A program made the translations under genes and the position numbers. Shown piece by piece: positions 1 to 6,524 of a stretch of 25,955 nt of DNA. The first letter of the stretch is position 1. Each line of letters starts with the position of its first letter. A model generated the notes under the pieces. That model saw only the letters and a list, made by a program, of their open reading frames with translations, made no database searches and was not told the origin of the DNA. Where the stretch lies: the IMG/VR virus record IMGVR_UViG_2737471869_000024, positions 1-25,955 of that record, one strand, 5' to 3'. The DNA comes from a virus. Taxonomy: Duplodnaviria; Heunggongvirae; Uroviricota; Caudoviricetes.

Positions 1-1842
1 ATGACAGTTACAACAAAGTTCAGAAATGACATTAATGGCCTAAGAGCTATAGCTGTTATAAGTGTTGTTTTGTTTCATTTTTCATCTTCTATAATTCCAG
101 GCGGATTTATTGGTGTAGACGTGTTTTTCGTCATATCTGGATACTTGATGACATCAATTATATTCAGAGGGATAGAATCTAATTCTTTTTCGGTTATTGA
201 CTTCCTGAAAGCAAGGGCGAGACGTATAGTTCCTGCTCTCGTTGCAGTTGTATTCCTTACACTGATTATTGGTTATATGTTCTTTGAGCCTATGACATTA
301 CAGATCATAGGAAAACATTCTGCGGCAAGTCTAACATTTATTTCCAATATTATTTATCAGTCTGAATCAGGTTATTTTGATGATACATCAAAGCAAAAAT
401 TTTTACTGCATACATGGTCGCTATCAGTTGAATGGCAATTCTATATAATTTACCCGATAGTGTTACTTGCACTGTCAAAGATATTGTCAATAAAAAATCT
501 TAAAATATTTGTTGTTGCGATTGCTGTTGTTTCTTTTGCATGGTGCATTTACATAACCAGAACTGATCCCGTGTCATCATACTTCAGCATCGCATCAAGA
601 GGTTGGGAAATGATGCTGGGAGGCATTGCTTTTCTGTTCCCGTTTAAAGGTAGCGATAAATCAAGACGAGTTTTGGAATCAGCAGGGCTAATATTGATCG
701 CGCTGTCTCTCGCGTTCATGAGCGAAAGCTTGGCGTGGCCTGGCTACATTGCGTTTATTCCAGTATTCGGGGCCTATATCTGCATTCTTGCTGACAATAA
801 AAGAACCATTCTTTCTGGTAAGATCATTGGAAAGCTTGGGCTCTGGTCCTATTCAATATACTTGATCCACTGGCCGGTAATCGTCTTTTGCGAGAAGACG
901 GGAATTGAGTTAAATATTTTCTGGTATCTGGCTGGTGTAGTGTCAGCCTCAGCACTACTTTATAGCCTTGTAGAGAAGCGTCGTGGTTATGGATGGGGAT
1001 TGCTTTTCTGTTATTGTGTATGTCTCGCAGCCGCTTTGTATGTCAATGTCGACGGGGTAAGTAGTCGCATTAAGAATCCTGATTACCATCTTAATAAAGA
1101 CCTGTTCCGCCGGGCTTACGAAGGACATTTATGGATGCAGCCTGGAGAGAATGTAGACTACTTCAACGCTACAGAAAAAGACTTTGACTACATCATACTT
1201 GGTGACAGCCATGCAAGACACTATTTCGCTTTCTTCAAACAAAGCGGTCTTAAAGTAGCATCGCTAGCTGCGGATGGTTGTAAAGTTACAAAGCATTTTA
1301 TGGGGCCGCTAAACTATTCTGAAAAACTCAGAAAGATTTGCGAAGGAAGATATAAGAAGGCCGTTGAATTCATTAATGCCCATCCTGGCAAGAAAGTCGT
1401 ATGGTTGCAAGCGTGGTATACTGGAAAGGTTGGAAACCCGCTAACGACTGACAATTCTTATAAAAATGATTTCATCAGTGAAATGAAATATTTTCTTGAT
1501 GATATTAAAGGCTCTAACAGCCAGATATATATTGTTGGTGATACCCAGGGAAGCAAGGAAATCATGTATCAATGCCTGGCATCACAAGACCTTCCTATTA
1601 ATAAATTATTCAGAAAATGCAATGAGTTTCAGGATTATATAGAGCCTGCAATGAATAGCAGATTTAAAATATTTGCTGAGCAATATCAAAAAGTTCATTT
1701 CGTTGACCCTAGCCCAGCAATATGCAGTGATGGCAAATGTAGAGTGGTTGATGGAGATATGCCTGTTTACACGGATAACTCTCATCTTACAAAGGTATGG
1801 TCAGTTAAGGTTGGTGAATATATCTTTAGCAAGATAAAGTAG
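1..1842 (+). CDS. O-antigen acyltransferase: N-terminal membrane acyltransferase-3 domain fused to C-terminal SGNH hydrolase domain (OafA/Oac-like lysogenic conversion enzyme)
   Basis: 613 aa ORF. The N-terminal ~350 aa are highly hydrophobic with multiple predicted TM helices and the acyltransferase-3 signature near the N-terminus (NGLRAIAVISVVLFHF). The C-terminal ~250 aa carry a GDSH block (ILGDSHARHY) and a distal D-x-x-H block (TDNSHLT), typical of SGNH hydrolases. The ATG is at window position 1, so no upstream context is visible and the start is unverified. A terminator hairpin follows directly. Confidence 0.8.
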   Translation: MTVTTKFRNDINGLRAIAVISVVLFHFSSSIIPGGFIGVDVFFVISGYLMTSIIFRGIESNSFSVIDFLKARARRIVPALVAVVFLTLIIGYMFFEPMTLQIIGKHSAASLTFISNIIYQSESGYFDDTSKQKFLLHTWSLSVEWQFYIIYPIVLLALSKILSIKNLKIFVVAIAVVSFAWCIYITRTDPVSSYFSIASRGWEMMLGGIAFLFPFKGSDKSRRVLESAGLILIALSLAFMSESLAWPGYIAFIPVFGAYICILADNKRTILSGKIIGKLGLWSYSIYLIHWPVIVFCEKTGIELNIFWYLAGVVSASALLYSLVEKRRGYGWGLLFCYCVCLAAALYVNVDGVSSRIKNPDYHLNKDLFRRAYEGHLWMQPGENVDYFNATEKDFDYIILGDSHARHYFAFFKQSGLKVASLAADGCKVTKHFMGPLNYSEKLRKICEGRYKKAVEFINAHPGKKVVWLQAWYTGKVGNPLTTDNSYKNDFISEMKYFLDDIKGSNSQIYIVGDTQGSKEIMYQCLASQDLPINKLFRKCNEFQDYIEPAMNSRFKIFAEQYQKVHFVDPSPAICSDGKCRVVDGDMPVYTDNSHLTKVWSVKVGEYIFSKIK

Positions 1843-1844
1843 TT

Positions 1845-1872
1845 AAAAAGCCTCTACTCAGAGGCTTTTTCT
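1845..1872. terminator. Bidirectional rho-independent terminator shared by the convergent acyltransferase and tailspike genes
   Basis: Perfect 9-bp stem (AAAGCCTCT / AGAGGCTTT) with a 4-nt loop, flanked by an A-run on one side and a T-run on the other, lying between the two convergent stop codons. Confidence 0.6.
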
Positions 1873-3675
1873 TTATATCACCATATATCTGAAGCTTGCT
1901 CCGCCTGCAGCTGGAGAACCTGACTGCGTAGCAAGGACAAGACTTCCGTTTGATTGACTTAAAACATATGCATTTGCTGCTGCAGCTGAAGCATTTGCTG
2001 GGTGAATCACAACTTGTGAATAAGGTGTTATATTTTCATCAACTAGTGTTGCTGAAGCTACACCACTCAATCCATTGAATGACTTCATCACCATCTTTTC
2101 AGTTGCAGAAAGAAGGACGTTTCTTATTGTAAATGTACCTCCTCCAGTTGGGTTTAGCTTTGGAATGAGTGCACTTGTTACGGTTGTAAGATTGCAATTT
2201 GTCAGGACAAGATTATTTTGATAACTGGTAACCTGTGCAATACCTGAATTAACAACAGTGGCATTATTCACGGTGTTATCTGTAGCACCATCCGATTGGT
2301 TAACACCACTTTGTCCTGCAGCATTAATATAAGCTGAAAGAACTCTGGTATTTGCCGATCCTGCCGCAAAGTTAATACCGTTTTGCCCGCAAGTATTAAC
2401 ATAAACACTCTCAATTGTGGATCCTGTTGTTGGCAGTCCAGCATGTCCAAAGTTAATACCGTGGAAAAATTGCGTGTTGGTAGATATCAACTTTCCTGCC
2501 ATGCTCCAGCGGCAATCAAAACCAATGCCTGATGCTGATGCAAGATCCACAGATGCATAAAGCAAACGGTTATAATCACCACTAAATTGAATACCAGAAT
2601 AAGCGTCATCACCAGAAGCGCCTTGTGCATGCCCTAGTGCCGCAATACTTCTATTAGTTTTGTAAATATAAAACGCTTCATGCCCCCACGATTCAATCCG
2701 ATCAACGATAAACTTTGAGTAATGGCACTGATAGAAAAACAGGCAACCAGAGCCGTCATTGCGGATTCCATCTGGTGATGGTGCACTTATAAAAGTGCGA
2801 GGGTAGTAATGGTCATGGACATAATGAGCGTAAAAATCTACGTTCTGACACTCTGTCAGATAGACAAGATGGGTTCCAATCTGTCCTGATTGTCCTGCTT
2901 TATTACCATCAATCTCATTAATGTGAATTATTAGACCAGAGTTATTACCTGCTGCGTAAAGTAATCTGTCAAAGTCGACACATCCAGACGGTAATTTGAG
3001 CTTCCCCTTTACAATCACTTTTTTTGCTGAAGAAAGGTTGAGATTTTTTGCAACGAGAGTAAACCCTTCGGGAACAATCAGCATACCTGTATCGTCAATC
3101 ATCTTCTGAGCTGAGATTGATGATTCAACTTCGCTCACAGCTCCCCAATCTGCAACTGTAAGATTCTCTGCATTTTTTTCATGCTGAGTCCTTTTTACTG
3201 CTCCGGTATAAGGTTGAATAACAGGTATCATTGCATCTCCGTCGCTGATACCTGCACCAATCAAATCTGCAACAGTGTGACCAGGACAAAGACCTATTAA
3301 TGAGGCTCCATCATCACCAGACAACTCCTGTCTTAGCTGATCTGGATCATACTTCAACACGTTTGGATAGTTGAACTGCTGTGTACCATAAGCATCGTAC
3401 ACAGCCATAGAATGGCCTTGCACGGTAACGAATTTGGCAATCTGTCCGTTATATACAGGGTAACCAGCAGCGTTAATGATGATTGGTTGCGAAACAGGAA
3501 CGTGAGAGCCGTCTTCATTCTCCACATAAACCTGAATCTGGTTTTCAGGATTTACCGGGTCAGTGTCAATTTTACCGATATAAATTTTGCCATTGGCTAC
3601 GGCTTTAAAAGAACGCGCCATAGTGAAGAGTTGCGAAGGCATGCTTACCACAACATTTGCGGTGATATCTGTCAT
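1873..3675 (-). CDS. Tailspike protein (P22 gp9-type N-terminal head-binding domain fused to a different receptor-binding/O-antigen-cleaving beta-helix domain)
   Basis: 600 aa. The first ~110 residues ([46 protein letters not shown]...NVLKYDPDQ) closely match the P22 tailspike head-binding domain as I recall it. The remainder is Gly/Ser/Asn/Thr-rich and beta-helix-like but does not resemble the P22 receptor domain. GGAG RBS upstream. Last gene of the virion module. Confidence 0.9.
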   Translation of the reverse strand: MTDITANVVVSMPSQLFTMARSFKAVANGKIYIGKIDTDPVNPENQIQVYVENEDGSHVPVSQPIIINAAGYPVYNGQIAKFVTVQGHSMAVYDAYGTQQFNYPNVLKYDPDQLRQELSGDDGASLIGLCPGHTVADLIGAGISDGDAMIPVIQPYTGAVKRTQHEKNAENLTVADWGAVSEVESSISAQKMIDDTGMLIVPEGFTLVAKNLNLSSAKKVIVKGKLKLPSGCVDFDRLLYAAGNNSGLIIHINEIDGNKAGQSGQIGTHLVYLTECQNVDFYAHYVHDHYYPRTFISAPSPDGIRNDGSGCLFFYQCHYSKFIVDRIESWGHEAFYIYKTNRSIAALGHAQGASGDDAYSGIQFSGDYNRLLYASVDLASASGIGFDCRWSMAGKLISTNTQFFHGINFGHAGLPTTGSTIESVYVNTCGQNGINFAAGSANTRVLSAYINAAGQSGVNQSDGATDNTVNNATVVNSGIAQVTSYQNNLVLTNCNLTTVTSALIPKLNPTGGGTFTIRNVLLSATEKMVMKSFNGLSGVASATLVDENITPYSQVVIHPANASAAAANAYVLSQSNGSLVLATQSGSPAAGGASFRYMVI

Positions 3676-3744
3676 TTAATTTGCTCCAGATACAAGGAAT
3701 CGCCGCAGCATGGCTACGGTGAATTTTGGGCATAAAAAAAAACC

Positions 3745-3770
3745 AGCCGAAGCTGGGTCGTTGCGTTGGT
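3745..3770 (-). terminator. Rho-independent terminator downstream of ant
   Basis: Minus-strand hairpin CCAGC-TTCG-GCTGG followed by a run of nine T, immediately after the ant stop codon and upstream of the tailspike RBS. Confidence 0.6.
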
Positions 3771-3776
3771 TATCTG

Positions 3777-4712
3777 TCAGTAGTTATGTACTGAAGGAGG
3801 TAATTCTTTATTCTTAAGTCTCATCCATGCGGAAAGATTCGTTGGTCCGTCTGGCTCATTGATATCAACATCTCGTGTGTGGTTTATTAAAACGTCTCTC
3901 GCCATTCCGATAACATACGAGAATTCATGACCGTAGTCGTAGCATCTGCCGGAATAGTTCGATTGAATTTGTTTTAGCGCCGGATACAGTTCGCGGAATA
4001 ATGCCTGTGAGCGGTTGGCATAATCCCATAACCATACAAGGCTGTTTGCTTCTTTTGCAGAAAGCTCGTTGGTTCTCTTCTCTTGTTTTCCAATGAACTC
4101 ACCTTCAAGTGGAACTCGAGCTGCAAGTGATAGTGCTTCGGTAAACTGCTCATCACTGATTTCTTTGTACGAACATCCAAAATGGGATTTTAGTGACGAC
4201 CACATGGTGATCATCGCCTTAGCCTGTTTTTCTTTTGGCAGAGACTGACCGCGACTCATGACGAGTTGTTTAATGGCTTCCTGCTGTTCAGTGGTGATTT
4301 TACCCGGCAACGCCTTTTTAGCTTTGCGTGGGTTAAATACATGACCTTTAGTCCAGTAGTCATGCAGCACGCTAAAGCATTCTTCCTGGTACTGAATCAG
4401 TTTATCACGGATGTCAGCACGAACTTTCTCAGGGTTGATGCTGAACAGCCATCCATTTAACTTCTTCAGCGGGATGCATAAAAGCTTACGTAACTTGCCA
4501 TCAGCAGCAACCATAGAGATATCTCTACAGTTGAATTTGTCCTTCATTTTACGCAACTTAACAGATTGACCAGTCCAGTCGATACCAATGTTTTCCACAA
4601 TTTGACGCATCGCTACATAAGTCACTCCGGCAGCCATAGCGGTTAAAATCTGCTGACCATTGAAAGGCACGTAAGAGGTGTTCACTGCTTCTAAAATTGC
4701 TATACTATTCAT
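3777..4712 (-). CDS. ant: Antirepressor Ant (immI region)
   Basis: The protein from the internal ATG at 4712 ([30 protein letters not shown]...) matches the P22 Ant N-terminus as I recall it. GGAG-type RBS upstream of that ATG. The supplied ORF extends 22 codons further upstream, which is probably not translated. Confidence 0.9.
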   Translation of the reverse strand: MNSIAILEAVNTSYVPFNGQQILTAMAAGVTYVAMRQIVENIGIDWTGQSVKLRKMKDKFNCRDISMVAADGKLRKLLCIPLKKLNGWLFSINPEKVRADIRDKLIQYQEECFSVLHDYWTKGHVFNPRKAKKALPGKITTEQQEAIKQLVMSRGQSLPKEKQAKAMITMWSSLKSHFGCSYKEISDEQFTEALSLAARVPLEGEFIGKQEKRTNELSAKEANSLVWLWDYANRSQALFRELYPALKQIQSNYSGRCYDYGHEFSYVIGMARDVLINHTRDVDINEPDGPTNLSAWMRLKNKELPPSVHNY

Positions 4713-4780
4713 GTTGGTTTTTCTCCACGAATTTACCGACAACCGAAGCCCTGACTGTTCCAGCAGTTGGGGCTTCAACT

Positions 4781-4942
4781 TTACGCGCCAATGCGCCCTT
4801 CCTTCTTAAAGCTGTCCATTACTCTCTGATAAATCTCAGAGTTAACAGACCGACCATTCTCTTCCGCCACCTTGCGTACCAAATCCAATACTTCTTTAGG
4901 CCACCGCAAATTGAACTGCGGCATTTTTCTTGCGCCTTGCAT
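4781..4942 (-). CDS. arc: Arc repressor (ribbon-helix-helix)
   Basis: The 53-aa product from the ATG at 4942 ([53 protein letters not shown]) is near-identical to P22 Arc. GGAG lies 7 nt upstream. Confidence 0.88.
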   Translation of the reverse strand: MQGARKMPQFNLRWPKEVLDLVRKVAEENGRSVNSEIYQRVMDSFKKEGRIGA

Positions 4943-5035
4943 ATTCCACTCCATTCCATTAAATGATAGCACCGTACTACTATTGAAAGCGTACTACTAC
5001 CGTTCTAGCATGTCAACAAATAACAGGAGAGCGAC
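4943..5035. promoter_or_regulatory. Divergent Pant/Pmnt control region with an Oarc-like operator and tandem direct repeats
   Basis: The 21-mer ATGATAGCACCGTACTACTAT (4963..4983) shares both arms (ATGATAG ... CTACTAT) with the P22 arc operator as I recall it. A perfect TTGACA -35 hexamer lies on the minus strand (5011..5016), and a TTGAAA -35-like hexamer on the plus strand (4983..4988). A 10-bp direct repeat CGTACTACTA occurs at 4973..4982 and 4990..4999. Confidence 0.45.
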
Positions 5036-5275
5036 GTGGCTAGAAACGATCCACAATTTAACGTAAGAATGCCAAGTGAAATCAAGCAGCAGCTTACTCA
5101 CATTGCGGCAACAAACAGGCGCTCTATCAATGCTGAAATCATAGCTGCAATACAGCTATGGATTAAGATTAACAGAGAAAAGGTCATACCATCGACATCT
5201 CAAGATCTCACAAAAACAGAGAAGGAAGCAATGGATATTGCAATTAGCGTACTTAAGAAGATTCGAGGCCAATAA
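5036..5275 (+). CDS. mnt: Mnt-like ribbon-helix-helix repressor (divergent variant)
   Basis: 79 aa with a GTG start preceded by AGGAGA. The N-terminus MARNDPQFNVRMPSEIKQQL resembles P22 Mnt (MARDDPHFNFRMP...), but the DNA-contacting beta-strand (His to Gln) and the whole C-terminal half differ. It is divergent from arc, as in P22 immI. Confidence 0.8.
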   Translation: MARNDPQFNVRMPSEIKQQLTHIAATNRRSINAEIIAAIQLWIKINREKVIPSTSQDLTKTEKEAMDIAISVLKKIRGQ

Positions 5276-5622
5276 TGAGCAGTAAGGAGCAATACTTAAA
5301 AGTTACTTTTGAGTCTTTTAGTAATTACTTGACTTCATTCAAAAAAACTTATGTATGCCCAATATGCAGCAATACAAACTGGACTCTTTTAGCACCGGAG
5401 CATCTTAAAAAAGATGATGGTGTTGAAGTTATAGGCCCATCCATACCAGGTAAAAGCTTGCCTAATAATCCTGTTAATCAAGATACTTATAGCAACGATA
5501 GTCTTAACATGGTAGCCATGCAATGCACCACTTGCGGTTTCTTCCACTTTTTTAGTTTAAACAAAGTTAGTGAAAATATCTCTTCTGGAAAATTCGTAAA
5601 GGGTGATGGAGATAATGTTTGA
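5275..5622 (+). CDS. Hypothetical Cys4 zinc-ribbon protein (cargo gene, translationally coupled to mnt)
   Basis: 115 aa. Its ATG overlaps the mnt TAA (TAATG), with GAGG 7 nt upstream. Two CxxC pairs (C28/C31, C84/C87). The region looks AT-rich compared with the flanking structural genes. No recognisable family. Confidence 0.6.
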   Translation: MSSKEQYLKVTFESFSNYLTSFKKTYVCPICSNTNWTLLAPEHLKKDDGVEVIGPSIPGKSLPNNPVNQDTYSNDSLNMVAMQCTTCGFFHFFSLNKVSENISSGKFVKGDGDNV

Positions 5623-6115
5623 CCAACATGTTCACAATAAATCACCTAGTATTTATGGAGATGCTCAAAGCCAACATGAAAACCTTGACTTTGACAAATC
5701 GTTATGGAGTTCAATAGAAAACGCTAAATATTCAGAGTATTACAGACCAACTGGCAGAAATCCGTCAAAGGAACCACAAATATTTAGCCTACAAGAAGAG
5801 CAACACAAAGAAGAAGGTCGTGATACCGTGAAACGTTTAGAGCTATACGGGGTTGCAGTTGCTATCATTGGTTCTATCGTTGCCGCCACATGGACGATTC
5901 GAGGCACTATAGATGATAAAGTTGAATCATCACGACAAGAGCTAACAGGAAACATCCAAACCAGTAAGGCAGAGATAATGGCTACTATCCAAAACAACCA
6001 ATCAGTATTACAGTCAAGGATTGATAACACTGATCAAAAATTAGACTCGACAAACCAATCTCTTTATAAGGTATTGGCTATATTAGAGTCTCAAAAAGAC
6101 AAACGTTCTCAATAG
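5606..6115 (+). CDS. Hypothetical single-pass membrane protein with C-terminal coiled-coil-like domain (cargo gene)
   Basis: About 166-170 aa. Possible starts are GTG 5603, ATG 5606 and ATG 5615, all overlapping the end of the upstream ORF. One strongly hydrophobic segment (LELYGVAVAIIGSIVAATWTI) is flanked by K/R. The C-terminal ~70 aa are Q/S/T/N-rich with heptad-like spacing. Confidence 0.6.
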   Translation: MEIMFDQHVHNKSPSIYGDAQSQHENLDFDKSLWSSIENAKYSEYYRPTGRNPSKEPQIFSLQEEQHKEEGRDTVKRLELYGVAVAIIGSIVAATWTIRGTIDDKVESSRQELTGNIQTSKAEIMATIQNNQSVLQSRIDNTDQKLDSTNQSLYKVLAILESQKDKRSQ

Positions 6116-6136
6116 TTTCTTGATTTATTACCTATA

Positions 6137-6171
6137 GCTGCATGATTGATGTCTGTTGAAAATCATGCAGC
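6137..6171 (+). repeat. Perfect 11-bp inverted repeat (GCTGCATGATT ... AATCATGCAGC) with 13-nt spacer in the intergenic gap
   Basis: Read directly from the sequence; lies between the second and third cargo ORFs, 25 bp upstream of the AAGGAG RBS of the third. No clear U-tract follows. Confidence 0.4.
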
Positions 6172-6195
6172 ATTGATAAATCTAAGGAGATCGGC

Positions 6196-6516
6196 ATGTA
6201 CATATCGCTCTCTACCATTTTTTTCATCTGCTTAGCTATTTGGCTTTTAAGAATATGGCAGGATTGCTCTGTCAGCCATGCTGCTGCGGTGAGAAATAAA
6301 AACGCCCTCATAAAAGAAGCTGAAAACGTTGTCTTATCAATGGATCACCTTTCATGGACCGAGATGACTACAGGGCAACAAGAGGTTTATGAGTGTGCGA
6401 TTGAGCGGTTAAGGCTGCTTAAATCGTACAAAAAGAACCACGCTCCCGACTCATTCCCATTCCTGAAAGAATGGCCGAGATGGTATGACCCGAAAAAAGC
6501 AACCATCAACCGCTAA
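6196..6516 (+). CDS. Hypothetical small membrane-anchored protein (cargo gene)
   Basis: 106 aa with a strong RBS (AAGGAG, 7 nt spacing). N-terminal hydrophobic segment MYISLSTIFFICLAIWLLRIW, either a signal anchor or a signal peptide (possible AxA-like site SHA-AAV). The stop codon lies 8 bp from the convergent gp16 stop. Confidence 0.6.
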   Translation: MYISLSTIFFICLAIWLLRIWQDCSVSHAAAVRNKNALIKEAENVVLSMDHLSWTEMTTGQQEVYECAIERLRLLKSYKKNHAPDSFPFLKEWPRWYDPKKATINR

Positions 6517-6524
6517 CCAACTTT

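Noticed and set aside
3412-3735. 107-aa plus-strand ORF overlapping the tailspike start
   Set aside because: Antisense to the conserved P22-type tailspike N-terminus and running through the ant terminator; no RBS.
3777-4778. Longer ant start at 4778 ([10 protein letters not shown]...) given by the ORF track
   Set aside because: The P22-like Ant sequence begins at the internal [10 protein letters not shown] with its own RBS, and the extension would overlap the arc-ant spacer. The shorter start at 4712 is preferred.
4781-4972. Longer arc start (GTG at 4972) given by the ORF track
   Set aside because: The extension would begin inside the operator/promoter region. The 53-aa Arc from ATG 4942 matches P22 Arc in length and has an RBS.
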